A DNA stretch of 64,000 nt, taken from NCBI GenBank assembly GCA_963812015.1, contig CAWETI010000003.1, forward strand, positions 1,280,001 to 1,344,000, read 5' to 3'. A program made the position numbers and the translations under genes. How positions within the stretch are numbered: position 1 is the first letter of the stretch; the number at the start of each line of letters is the position of its first letter. The notes under the pieces were generated by a model. That model was not told the origin of the DNA. It worked only from the letters and a program-made list of their open reading frames with translations, and did no database searches. The DNA is from an uncultured delta proteobacterium. GTDB taxonomy: Bacteria; Desulfobacterota; Desulfobaccia; Desulfobaccales; 0-14-0-80-60-11. Shown here piece after piece: positions 19,409-29,543 of the stretch.

Positions 19409-20845
19409 TCAGAGGGTGCCCCGCCTCCGGAGCCACCACCGCCCCGCCAGGTACAGGGTGGGGGCCAGGGCCAGGGCCTCGGTCACTTCCCGGGGCAGAC
19501 GGCCGTTTCCCACCAGGTAAAGCAGAGCGCCCACCAGGACGGCGAGGCCCAACTGGAGCAGCGGGCGCCGGAGTATGAGGCCCAGCCGCCGCTGGCAGAA
19601 AGAGACGGTCAGAAGGGCCACCCCGCCCTTAGTGAACACCATGGCCAGGGCCGCCCCCAACAAGGGAATCCGGGGAATGGCCAGGCTGCACCAGAGCAGA
19701 TTGAAGGCCAGGCCGCTCAAGTAAAAGACCAGGAGCAACCGGTGGAGACGCATGCTGATCATCAGAAACCCCGCCAGATTGTGCATGAAGGCAAAGGCCA
19801 CGGTCACCACCAGGACCTTTTGCAGCCAGATGGCGTCGGGGTACTTGGGGCCGTAAACCAGGGTGATGATGCGGTCGCTTTCGATGAACAGCACAAACAT
19901 GACCGCCAGGGCCGCGGCCAGGAGCCAACGGGCGGTATTTTGGGCCAGGAGGGCGACCCTGGCGCGGTCCACCTCCCAAAGCTGGACAAAGATCGGAAAC
20001 ATGATGGCTTGGAGGAGGAGGTTGGAGACCAGCCCGGAGATGCCGTCCACGGTCTGCCAGGTGACGCTATATTGGGCTACCCCGTGGGCTCCGGCGTACT
20101 TCTGGAGGAAAAAGAGGTTGGCCTTGTTGTAGAGAATGGCCGAGACTTCGATGAGGGCAAACACCAGCCCCAGGTGCAGGGTGGAACCCAGCCTGCCCAT
20201 GGAGGGCCACTTGAACCGGAAGCGGTCATGGGAGCGGACCAGGATAAAGCTGCCTGCCAGATTGACCAGGGCCTCAATGAGCTTAAAAGCGGCCAACACC
20301 AGGGGAGGGGCTCCCAAGGCCAAGGCGATGAGGGCATAGCTGAAGGCCAGGCCGGCCCCCAGGGCTTTGACCGTGCTCTGGAGATCCTGGCGGCCCCGAA
20401 CCTGCAGGGCCACAAAAAAAGTGTTGGACAGGGCATCCAGCCCCATCCCGGCGCTGAGCATAAACATGACGTGTTTGAGTGCCGGGGGGTAGCCCTGCCA
20501 CTCCATGAAGCCCACCACCCCCATGAGGGCCAAAATCAGCAAGGCCCCCTTGAGGAAGGACACCTGGGTCAAGGCGGCATCCGAGTCGCGGTCTTTTTGG
20601 CCCAGGAGGGACACCAGGGGCAGGTTGAGGCCAAATTCCGCCACCAGCAGGAGGATGCTGCCCAATCCCATGGCCAGCATAAACTCCCCGTAGGTGGTGG
20701 AGCTGACCCGGGCCAGGTAGATGAAGAAAACGGCTTGCAAGGACTCCCGGACCCAACGGGCACTCAGGAGATAGGCAAAATTCTTGAGGATGCGGGGAGG
20801 GGCGGGCTCCCCCTGGACCGGCGGGTTATGGCGGCTATCGGGCAT
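19409..20845 (-). CDS. Wzx-type oligosaccharide flippase
   Basis: ILKNFAYL...YLAR..S..YG, EFGL, ~12-14 TM segments, LVYGPKY; start placed at ATG 20845. Confidence 0.85.
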   Translation of the reverse strand: MPDSRHNPPVQGEPAPPRILKNFAYLLSARWVRESLQAVFFIYLARVSSTTYGEFMLAMGLGSILLLVAEFGLNLPLVSLLGQKDRDSDAALTQVSFLKGALLILALMGVVGFMEWQGYPPALKHVMFMLSAGMGLDALSNTFFVALQVRGRQDLQSTVKALGAGLAFSYALIALALGAPPLVLAAFKLIEALVNLAGSFILVRSHDRFRFKWPSMGRLGSTLHLGLVFALIEVSAILYNKANLFFLQKYAGAHGVAQYSVTWQTVDGISGLVSNLLLQAIMFPIFVQLWEVDRARVALLAQNTARWLLAAALAVMFVLFIESDRIITLVYGPKYPDAIWLQKVLVVTVAFAFMHNLAGFLMISMRLHRLLLVFYLSGLAFNLLWCSLAIPRIPLLGAALAMVFTKGGVALLTVSFCQRRLGLILRRPLLQLGLAVLVGALLYLVGNGRLPREVTEALALAPTLYLAGRWWLRRRGTL

Positions 20846-21270
20846 AAAAGGATCGACGCTGGCCTTGAGGTGGTTTTTTCCAGACCCGGGGTTCCCGGTA
20901 AGGGGGCGTCCCGAAACTTTATATATCAAATATTCCCGCCGCGGGTGAGGAAAAGTCTTCTCTGGGGCCGAAATTCCCGTCTGGGCGCCTTGCTTCCCTG
21001 AGGAGGTTGGATACCCGCCCGGAGATGAGACGCAGGTTCGGGCCGCAAAAGTGATTGCCATGCCCTCGGCGATACTTTATCATTTGAGCAGGCCAGGGCA
21101 GGTCGGCCCAGGGGGGTGACCGGCGGCGACGGTCCTGGGGGCTCTCTTATCGAGCCTGGCCTGGGGGCAATTTTGGCCATTGACCGGGATCAGCTCCCCG
21201 CCCCGGCGGCAGGCTTTCCGGAACTACTCGCCTCCCTGCAATGACCAAGTTTATCCTGGAATAGTCAATA

Positions 21271-22419
21271 ATGCCGGACGACGACCACGATACCGCCACC
21301 AACTGGTTCCAACGCAATCCCAAGAAAACCCTGGTGGTGGTCACCCTGGTTTTCATCCTAGCGATAGTCTACGCCTCGGAAAAATTTCTGGAATTCAACA
21401 ACCGGCGGCAGGGGATTTTCCTGGAGGCGGAAAGAAGGTATGTCCGGCTGAAAGAGTACCGCCCCGGGACCCGCCTGCGGCTGGCCTTTCCCCAAAATCA
21501 CCGGCCCTACACCGACAATGTCTTCACCAAGCAGTACCAGTTTGATATCGACCAAAATGGCTTTATCGTCCCTTCGAAGAAATATGACCGGCCCGATAAA
21601 GTCATCGTGTTCCTGGGCGGGTCCACCACCGAGTGCATGTTTGTGGACCCGGACCACCGGTTTCCTTACGTGGTGGGGAACATCCTGGAGCGGGAGACGG
21701 GAGCCAAGATCAATTCCTACAACGGCGGGATGTCAGGCAACAACACCCTGAACGCCATCGATATTCTGATCAACAAGGTGATCCCCCTGCACCCCCAGGT
21801 GGTGGTCTACATGGAGAACATCAACGACCTGAGCACCCTCCTGTACGCCGGGACCTACTGGAATGAGCGGACGGCCCGGTCGCCCCTGGAGACCCTGAAA
21901 AAGCGGCAACTGGCGGGCAAACTCCTGCAAGAAATTTTTATCCCCAACCTCAATGACGCCTATAGAAAGCTGAAGAAGTCCCTGGCCCGGGCAGAGGAGG
22001 ATGAATTTGCCGGGGCCAGGGGTAAAAAGCTCACCATTGACCAGGCCCGGTTAGTCCACGCCTTCGCCATGAATCTCCAGACCCTGGTCTGCATCTGCCA
22101 GGGGCATGAAATCGTGCCGGTGTTGATGACCCAGGCCAACCGGATCACGGACCACCCCGACCCGGTGGTGGCGGCCTATATCAACCGCGACGGCGGCGCC
22201 ACCGGCGTCAGCTACCAGCAATTCAAAGAGCTCTATGACGCCTTCAACGACACCATCCGGGAAGTGGGCCGGAAGAATCACGTCATGGTCATCGACCTGG
22301 CCCGGGAAGTCCCCCCCGACAAAAAATATCTGTATGATTTGGTCCACTTCAATGACGCCGGGTCCCAACTGGCGGCCCGGATCATTGCGGCCAGGTTGAA
22401 GGGAATTCTGCCCCCGTGA
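21271..22419 (+). CDS. Membrane-anchored SGNH/GDSL-family protein
   Basis: N-terminal TM, GGSTT (block I), NGGMSG, NIND, YDLVH (DxxH). Confidence 0.85.
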   Translation: MPDDDHDTATNWFQRNPKKTLVVVTLVFILAIVYASEKFLEFNNRRQGIFLEAERRYVRLKEYRPGTRLRLAFPQNHRPYTDNVFTKQYQFDIDQNGFIVPSKKYDRPDKVIVFLGGSTTECMFVDPDHRFPYVVGNILERETGAKINSYNGGMSGNNTLNAIDILINKVIPLHPQVVVYMENINDLSTLLYAGTYWNERTARSPLETLKKRQLAGKLLQEIFIPNLNDAYRKLKKSLARAEEDEFAGARGKKLTIDQARLVHAFAMNLQTLVCICQGHEIVPVLMTQANRITDHPDPVVAAYINRDGGATGVSYQQFKELYDAFNDTIREVGRKNHVMVIDLAREVPPDKKYLYDLVHFNDAGSQLAARIIAARLKGILPP

Positions 22420-22465
22420 GGACCGGTCCTCCCCTCAATAATCTCTTCAATCCCGCCCGACACCA

Positions 22466-23101
22466 CTACCAAAGCCCCCCCGACCTCGCCACCTTTACCG
22501 CCAGGGTCAGGCCGTCGTGCTCGGGGGAGTGACGGGGCAAGAAGCTCAGCAGGTGGACGGCGCGCCAGGCCGGGTTCTCGAAGATTTCCCGGTTAAAATC
22601 CGCCGCCCCGGAGAACCCCACGTTGTCGGCCACCAGGAGGCCGCCGGCCCGCAGGAGGCGGCGGCAGTGGGACAGGGCCGGCAGGTAGGATTCCTTGTCG
22701 ATGTCCAGGAAGACCAGGTCAAAGGTCTCGGACATGCCGGCCATGAGGTTTAAGGCCTCCCCCACCCTGACCTCCACCACCTGGGCCAGGCCGGCCCGGC
22801 TCAAATTGGCCCGGGCCCTGCCGGCCATGGTCTCGTCGTATTCCAGGGAAATCACCCGGCCGTGGGTTGCCGCACAGGCCCGGCCCAGGAAGATGCCGGA
22901 ATACCCGGTGGCGGCGCCCAGCTCCAGGATACGGGCGGCCCCGGTGGCCGTGGCCAGGATGAAGAGGAGTTCCCCCACCACCGGGCCGACGATGGGGATG
23001 GACTCACGTTCAGCCTCTTCCTCCAGTTCCAGGAGCAAGGCATCGCCCGGGGGCGCCAGGCCCCGAAAATATCCTTCCAGATCAGGCATCATTTTACCCA
23101 T
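22466..23101 (-). CDS. SAM-dependent O-methyltransferase (Methyltransf_3/TrmR-like)
   Basis: IPIVGP..G.LL, LELGAATGYS, FDLVFLDIDK, GGLLVADN; SD GGAGGG before ATG 23101. Confidence 0.88.
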   Translation of the reverse strand: MGKMMPDLEGYFRGLAPPGDALLLELEEEAERESIPIVGPVVGELLFILATATGAARILELGAATGYSGIFLGRACAATHGRVISLEYDETMAGRARANLSRAGLAQVVEVRVGEALNLMAGMSETFDLVFLDIDKESYLPALSHCRRLLRAGGLLVADNVGFSGAADFNREIFENPAWRAVHLLSFLPRHSPEHDGLTLAVKVARSGGLW

Positions 23102-23292
23102 GGTCCCTCCGTCGATATCGGTATAGGAAGAGATTGCCTCGAAAAATTGTTGAGTTTCGAGTAATATTATGGCAGGAAAAAGGCGGCAGGGGAAGGGGAG
23201 GCTGGGGGGGATCATTAGAACAATGAGTAAGAAATATCCATATCGTTTAGAGACCTGATGAGGTTATTGGAGAGGCAAGGGTTTATAAATGG

Positions 23293-24417
23293 ATGGATAG
23301 ATTTTATAAGAAAGAGGGCATGGGGTTCATGCATCTTATTGATAATGGTAAATTAAAAAGAACGCCTAAGAAAGTTATTAAAATCTTAATTATTAATTTA
23401 ATAATTTTCTTGTTAATTGTAGTCGCAGTTGAAATGGTGATTAGAATTATATTTCCAAATATAAATGTATTGGGTAATAGCAAAAATCTTTTTCAATATA
23501 ATAAATATGGCAGTAGTTTTGGGTTAACTCCAAACAATCATGGATATTCTTACGGGGCTGAAGTTATTACGGACGCGAGAGGATTCCGGATCGACCCATC
23601 CTCGCAAATGTCCAGCGGAAAATATGTAATTTTAGTTTTAGGAGATTCGGTAAGTTTTGGCTTGGGGGTTGCGGCCCGTGATTCATTTCCATTAATGCTG
23701 CAAAAACATGTAAAGGATTGCCAAATTATCAATGGCTCAGTGATTGGTTATTCATCTGAAGATTATTATAATGTATTAAGTCATTGGATTAATTCTGGAT
23801 TAAAATTCGAAGGAGTAATAGTTAGTATTTGCCTAAATGATTTCTCTACTGAGTCTCAGGCTAATATAGAAAAACAATTTCAACTAGGATATTATAAGAG
23901 ATATCCGAATAGGGTAGTGCGGTTGATAAGATATATTTCAGATAACTATTTCAATTTCAATGATTTCTTGAAAGGAAATTCAAAAACCTATCTGTTGATA
24001 AAAAATATGATGCTTGACTAATCAAAAAACTACTTTTTAGCAGACACAACATATTATGATATGCCGGGGATAGAAAGTGTTATATCCGAAAATCTCAAAA
24101 AAATAAATGATCTTGCGGCCAGAAATGGCAAATGGATTGTGTTTTGTGTATTTCCATACGAATATCAATTACGTCAGAGCTCCTATAATAACCGTGAGAC
24201 TGCCAAGCCACAAATATTGATCAACGAGGTGGCCGAAAAAGATAAGTTGCCGGTGAAAGATTTATTGCCAGATATTTATAGAGCTCTCCAAAGATCCGGA
24301 TTAAGTTCAAAGGATATCTATCTTTTTGGTGACCCGATGCATTTATCTCGGCTCGGTCACCAAATAGCTGCTCAGTGCTTATATGAGAAGATCATTACGT
24401 CTGGTCTGGCAGATTAA
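23293..24417 (+). pseudogene. AT-rich SGNH/GDSL protein split by an in-frame TAA
   Basis: ORFs 23293-24021 (LGDSVSFG, NGSVIGY, CLND) and 24061-24417 (DPMHLS..GH) are in the same frame, separated only by TAA at 24019-24021. Confidence 0.75.
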
Positions 24418-24742
24418 GGTTATCCGGACTTCCAGATCGGGGATCAGTTTGCTCATGGTCCCTCTTTCCGGGACCGCCAGGGGAAGAGAATGCCTCGAAC
24501 ATTTGTTTGGGTTGCGGGTAAGATTATGCCAGGAAATCGGAGGAGGAAAAGGTCGGGCGGCCTGCCTCCTTGCCCGGTTTTTCGACCATCTGCCGGTACC
24601 CTGGCGTTTGGGAAGTGCAAAATTAAACCAGCCTCACCCCGGACCCAGTCCAGGGGCTGCCTCTGAGTCTCCCGCAAAAATTGCCCAAAAAACCATATTC
24701 ATGATAAAATTATAAATTGAGATAAGGGTATAAAGGAGAAGT

Positions 24743-25162
24743 ATGGCGCCAGAAAAGCTGCAAGGCACCAGCCCCGTGGCCCGGTGGCTGACATCCACTC
24801 CGGAGCAAGCCAAAGATACGGGCATGGCCATGGTGTTGATCTGCCTCCTCCTGGGATATTGGGGCAAGTTTCCCAAGTTTCTGCCCGTGAGCCTCGTGCT
24901 GTTGCTCATCACCATGATCTGGCCCAAGGCCTTCCGGCCCCTGGCCGGGCTCTGGTTCGGCCTCTCCCATCTCCTGAGCAGCGTCGTCTCCCGGGTTATT
25001 TTGTCGATCTTGTTCTTCCTGGTGGTCACCCCCATCGGCCTTATCCGCCGATTGACCGGGGCCGATGCCCTGCAATTGAAGAAATGGAAGCAGGGCCAGG
25101 ACTCCGTGTTCACGATGCGGGAGGGCCCCGTTCAGGGGAAGGATATGCTGAACCCTTATTGA
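24743..25162 (+). CDS. SxtJ-family membrane protein
   Basis: W.GLS..L..VVSRVIL.ILFFLVVTPIGLIRRL.G.D.L, ends in NPY; upstream of SxtK-like peptide and carbamoyltransferase. Confidence 0.8.
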   Translation: MAPEKLQGTSPVARWLTSTPEQAKDTGMAMVLICLLLGYWGKFPKFLPVSLVLLLITMIWPKAFRPLAGLWFGLSHLLSSVVSRVILSILFFLVVTPIGLIRRLTGADALQLKKWKQGQDSVFTMREGPVQGKDMLNPY

Positions 25163-25171
25163 AAGTAAGCT

Positions 25172-25333
25172 TAGGGGCGGGTTTAAAACCCACCCCTACA
25201 TGGGGTTTTCCATCGACCTTATTAATATCCAAGGAGTTTTTTCCACTCGTTCCCAAGTTGCACTTGGGAACGACAATAATCCCAAACTAAGCTTGGCTGG
25301 TAAAGGCGTTCCCAACCCCGGCTTGGGAACAAG
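25172..25333. repeat. Cluster of palindromic repeats (AGGGGCG...CCCCTAC and CGTTCCCAAG...CTTGGGAACG families)
   Basis: AGGGGCGGGTTTAAAACCCACCCCTAC; CGTTCCCAAGTTGCACTTGGGAACG; related copies near 16778 and 34220. Confidence 0.7.
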
Positions 25334-25376
25334 GCTATAAAGTTACAGCCACGCAAGTGACGCAAGGAGTTGTGCT

Positions 25377-25526
25377 ATGGATTTTGTCAAGGATTTGTGG
25401 GGGTTCCTCAAGGTAAGGAAAAAATTCTGGTTGTTGCCCATCATCTTGACGCTCTTGTTTTTCGGCGCCTTGATGATCTTTGCCAGCGGTTCGGCCATCG
25501 CGCCCTTCATCTACACCATCTTTTAA
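25377..25526 (+). CDS. SxtK/DUF5989-family 49-aa membrane peptide
   Basis: Below the ORF-track cutoff; MDFVKDLWGFLKVRKKFWLLPIILTLLFFGALMIFASGSAIAPFIYTIF*; SD AAGGAG. Confidence 0.88.
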   Translation: MDFVKDLWGFLKVRKKFWLLPIILTLLFFGALMIFASGSAIAPFIYTIF

Positions 25527-25538
25527 GGGGATAACCGC

Positions 25539-27401
25539 GTGCCCGAAGCGATTCTCGGTATTTCCGCCTTTTATCACGACAGCGCCGCCGCCTTGCTGGT
25601 GGACGGCCAGATCGTCGCCGCGGCCCAGGAGGAGCGTTTCACCCGCAAGAAGCACGACCCCGCCTTCCCGGCCAATGCCCTGGCCTATGTCATGGGGGAG
25701 TCGGGTCTGGCCCTGGGAGATTTGGCTGCCGTGGCGTTCTATGACAAGCCCTACCTCAAGTTTGAGCGCCTGTTGGAGACCTACCACGGCTTTGCCCCCC
25801 GGGGCCTCCGGAGCTTTCTCGCGGCCATGCCGGTGTGGATCAAAGAAAAGCTGCTGATGCGCAGCCTGCTCAAGGAGGAACTGGCCAAGGTGGGAGCCGG
25901 CAGTCCCCCGGTCCTCTTTCCCGAGCACCACCTGTCCCACGCGGCCTCGGCGTTCTATCCGTCGCCCTTTACCGAGGCCGCCATCCTCACGCTGGACGGG
26001 GTGGGGGAGTGGGCCACCTCCACCATCGGCTTCGGCCGGGGCCACGAGCTCACCATTTTGCGGGAGCTCCATTTTCCCCACTCCCTGGGCCTGCTCTATT
26101 CGGCCTTCACCTACTACTGCGGCTTCAAGGTCAACAGCGGCGAATACAAGCTTATGGGGCTGGCGCCTTACGGCAATCCCGACTCCGACCAGACCAAAGG
26201 CTGGAAGACCCTGATATTGGACGAGCTGGTGGACCTCAGGGAAGACGGCTCCCTGCTCCTGAACATGGATTATTTCGACTTCGCCACCGGCCTCACCATG
26301 TGCCGGAACGACAAGTGGGAATCCCTGTTCGGGGTGCCGCGCCGGGCCCGGGAAACCTTCCTGGACCAGAGGTACATGGACCTATCCCTGGCCATCCAGT
26401 TGGCCACGGAAGAGATTGTGCTGCGCCTGGCGGAGACCGCCAAAAAGCTCACCGGGGCCGACAACCTGGTGATGGCCGGCGGGGTGGCCTTGAACTGTGT
26501 GGCCAACGGCAAACTGATCCGCCGGGGCACCTTCAAAGACGTCTGGATCCAGCCGGCGGCGGGGGATGCCGGCGGCGCCCTGGGCGCGGCCCTGGCGGCC
26601 TGGCACATCTGGCAGGGCCAGGGGCGCCAGGTCCCCAATTCCCAATTGGACAACATGCAGGGCTCCTACCTGGGACCGGAGTTTACGGATAACGACAGCA
26701 TCAGGTTGGCCCGGCGGCACCATGCCCCTTATCAGCACTTTGCCGATTTCGACGACCTGAGCCGGGAAGTGGCCCAACTCCTGGCCCAGGGACAGGTGGT
26801 GGGGTGGTTCCAAGGGCGGATGGAGTGGGGGCCCCGGGCCCTGGGCAACCGGTCCATCTTGGGGGACCCCCGGCACCCGGAGATGCAAAAACGCCTGAAC
26901 TTGAAAATCAAGTATCGGGAGGGCTTTAGGCCCTTTGCGCCATCGGTGTTGTCTGAGGAGGCGGCCACCTACTTTGAGTTGGACCGGCCGTCCCCCTACA
27001 TGCTGCTGGTAGCCCCGGTCAGAGAGGAGCGGCGCAACCCCCTGCCCCCCGGCTATGAGAACCTGGAGCTCTTTGACCGCCTCTACCACCTGCGGTCCGA
27101 CGTCCCGGCCATCACCCACGTGGACTATTCTGCCCGCATCCAGACGGTGCATAAAGAGACCAACGCACGCTACTGGCGGCTGATCCAGGCCTTCAAGGAG
27201 CACACCGGCTGCGGCCTCATCGTCAACACCAGCTTCAACGTCCGGGGGGAGCCCATCGTCTGCACCCCGGAAGACGCCTACCAGTGCTTCATGCGCACCG
27301 AAATGGATTACCTGGTGGTGGGCGACTACCTGTTCGACAAGCAAAAACAGCCTGCCTGGCAGGAAGCGAAAGACTGGCGGACGGAGTTCGAACTGGATTA
27401 A
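25539..27401 (+). CDS. O-carbamoyltransferase (NodU/CmcH/SxtI family)
   Basis: GISAFYHDSAAAL, AAQEERF, HHLSHAASAF, DGVGE, EYKLMGLAPYG, GGVALNC, E.GPRALGNRS, NTSFN. Confidence 0.96.
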   Translation: MPEAILGISAFYHDSAAALLVDGQIVAAAQEERFTRKKHDPAFPANALAYVMGESGLALGDLAAVAFYDKPYLKFERLLETYHGFAPRGLRSFLAAMPVWIKEKLLMRSLLKEELAKVGAGSPPVLFPEHHLSHAASAFYPSPFTEAAILTLDGVGEWATSTIGFGRGHELTILRELHFPHSLGLLYSAFTYYCGFKVNSGEYKLMGLAPYGNPDSDQTKGWKTLILDELVDLREDGSLLLNMDYFDFATGLTMCRNDKWESLFGVPRRARETFLDQRYMDLSLAIQLATEEIVLRLAETAKKLTGADNLVMAGGVALNCVANGKLIRRGTFKDVWIQPAAGDAGGALGAALAAWHIWQGQGRQVPNSQLDNMQGSYLGPEFTDNDSIRLARRHHAPYQHFADFDDLSREVAQLLAQGQVVGWFQGRMEWGPRALGNRSILGDPRHPEMQKRLNLKIKYREGFRPFAPSVLSEEAATYFELDRPSPYMLLVAPVREERRNPLPPGYENLELFDRLYHLRSDVPAITHVDYSARIQTVHKETNARYWRLIQAFKEHTGCGLIVNTSFNVRGEPIVCTPEDAYQCFMRTEMDYLVVGDYLFDKQKQPAWQEAKDWRTEFELD

Positions 27402-27538
27402 GCGGCGGCGCGGGCCGCATCGGTTTACTTCGAGAGGGGCGCGGCTACCGTGCCCTTTTTTTTATTAAAAACTGAAAACCGTCAGGCATGTCTCTTGCGC
27501 GCTTCCAATATCAAATCGCAATAGAAAAATGAAGAATT

Positions 27539-27599
27539 GTAGGGGCGCACCTGTCTGTGCGCCCTCAATCAGGGGCGGACACATGCGCCCGCCCCTACC
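27539..27599. repeat. REP-like GTAGGGGCG...CGCCCCTAC doublet
   Basis: Internal hairpin flanked by GTAGGGGCG / CGCCCCTAC; similar units near 42258, 47594 and 59609. Confidence 0.75.
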
Positions 27600-27778
27600 G
27601 GGAAAATGCCGCTGGCTTCCGAGTTGTTATAAGTCTGCAAGACGCACCTTTCTTAAGGGAATTACCCTTTGGGGCTTAGCTTGGGATGACGCGAGATTTC
27701 TCCTAAGGCCCGTCAGGGTTGTGGTATAGTGGGCCATGATGGCGTAAAAATGACCGAGAATGAGATGAACTCACGCCC

Positions 27779-29422
27779 ATGAAGATTACCCTGGCCCAAC
27801 TTAATCCCGTGGTGGGGGACGTGCGCGGCAACCTTCAGAAGGTCGTCGCCACCTTTGAGCAGGAGCAGGGCGCCTCCGACCTGGTGGTCTTTTCCGAGCT
27901 TTTTCTGGTAGGCTATCCGCCCCGGGACCTCCTGGAGAAACCGGGGCTCCTGGCCCAGGTCGAGGCGGCTTTGGCCGAACTGACGGCCCTGTCCGCCAAA
28001 TATCCCGGCACCGGCCTCCTGGTGGGGGCGCCTCAGCCCACCGGCCGGGACACGGGCAAAGGCCTGTGCAACTGTGCGGTGTTGATCTATCAGGGACAGG
28101 TGCTGCTGCGCCAGGGCAAATCTCTTTTGCCCACCTACGACGTCTTCGACGAGACCCGCCACTTCGACCCCGCCGACCGGGTGGAGGTTATCCCCTTCAA
28201 AGACGAAATTTTAGGGGTCTCCATCTGTGAAGACGCCTGGTACGACCCGGAGTTGTGGTTCCGCCGGCTCTACCCCCTGGACCCCATCCAGGTCCAGGCC
28301 CGGCAGGGGGCGACGGTGCTCATCAATATTTCCGCCTCGCCCTTCCAGGTGGGGAAAGAGGAGCTGCGCCACCGGCTGCTCCAGGCCCATGCCCTGAAAT
28401 ACGGCATCCCCCTCATTTATGTAAACCAGGTGGGGGGAAATGATGAGCTTATTTTTGACGGCCACAGCCTGGCCCTGGACCCGGCGGGGGAGGCCCTGGC
28501 GGCGTTGCCGGGATTTCGAGAAGCAGTGGCCACGGTGGACCTGGCCCGGCCCGGCGTTCCGGGGCGGTACGCCCCCATGGAGCCCATTGCTTCGGTGCAT
28601 GGGGCCCTGGTCCTGGGTCTGAGGGATTATTTGGGGAAATGCGGCTTTAGCAAAGCCGTAGTGGGGTTGAGCGGCGGGGTGGATTCCGCGGTCACCTGCT
28701 GCCTGGCCGGCCAGGCCCTGGGTCCGGAAAACGTCATGGGGGTGTTGATGCCCTCGCCCTATACCTCCCGGGAGAGCATCGACGACTCCCTCATCCTGGC
28801 CCGGAACTTGGGGGTGGAGGCCAGGCTCATTCCCATCACCGCCATTTTTCAGAGCTACCGGGACGCCTTGCAGGGACCCCTGGAACTGGGTGAGATCGAG
28901 GTGACCCTGGAGAACATTCAGGCCCGCATCCGGGGCAACATCCTCATGGCCATCTCCAACAAATACGGCCACATGGTCCTGTCCACCGGCAACAAAAGCG
29001 AAATCGCGGTGGGCTACTGCACCTTATACGGCGATATGAGCGGCGGGCTCAGCGTCCTGGCCGACGTGCCCAAGACCATGGTCTATGAACTGGCGAACTA
29101 CCTCAACCGGGACCGGGAGGTCATCCCCCCTCAAATCATTCTTAAGGCCCCGTCCGCCGAACTGCGCCCCGACCAGAAGGACCAGGACACCCTGCCCCCG
29201 TATGACATCCTGGACCGGATCATGAATTGTTACCTCACCGAGGGCTATGCGTACGGGGACATCGTCAAGCTGGGTTTTGACCCGGAAACCGTGAAGTGGG
29301 TGATCCGCACCATCGACCGAAGCGAATACAAGCGCCGGCAGGCCGCGCCGGGCCTGAAGATCACTTCCAAGGCCTTTGGCATGGGACGGCGCATCCCCAT
29401 TGCCGCGAAGTTCGAGTTGTAA
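27779..29422 (+). CDS. nadE: Glutamine-dependent NAD+ synthetase
   Basis: Nitrilase domain (FSEL, KSLLP.YDVFDE, ICED) fused to synthetase domain (GLSGGVDS, ENIQARIR, TGNKSE, PSAEL). Confidence 0.96.
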   Translation: MKITLAQLNPVVGDVRGNLQKVVATFEQEQGASDLVVFSELFLVGYPPRDLLEKPGLLAQVEAALAELTALSAKYPGTGLLVGAPQPTGRDTGKGLCNCAVLIYQGQVLLRQGKSLLPTYDVFDETRHFDPADRVEVIPFKDEILGVSICEDAWYDPELWFRRLYPLDPIQVQARQGATVLINISASPFQVGKEELRHRLLQAHALKYGIPLIYVNQVGGNDELIFDGHSLALDPAGEALAALPGFREAVATVDLARPGVPGRYAPMEPIASVHGALVLGLRDYLGKCGFSKAVVGLSGGVDSAVTCCLAGQALGPENVMGVLMPSPYTSRESIDDSLILARNLGVEARLIPITAIFQSYRDALQGPLELGEIEVTLENIQARIRGNILMAISNKYGHMVLSTGNKSEIAVGYCTLYGDMSGGLSVLADVPKTMVYELANYLNRDREVIPPQIILKAPSAELRPDQKDQDTLPPYDILDRIMNCYLTEGYAYGDIVKLGFDPETVKWVIRTIDRSEYKRRQAAPGLKITSKAFGMGRRIPIAAKFEL

Positions 29423-29543
29423 TCTTTCACAGGCGGGTGTCGGGGAACCGAGGGGCGGTTCCCACCCAGCTTCTCCTAGCCTCTCCTCCTATGGACGGAC
29501 CTGGGTGTCCGCCCTTACTCACGGTGCTAAATAACCGCAGCTT

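Noticed and set aside
24743..27401. Saxitoxin biosynthesis
   Set aside because: Only SxtI/J/K-like genes are present; no SxtA-type PKS or amidinotransferase, and the context is cell-envelope glycans
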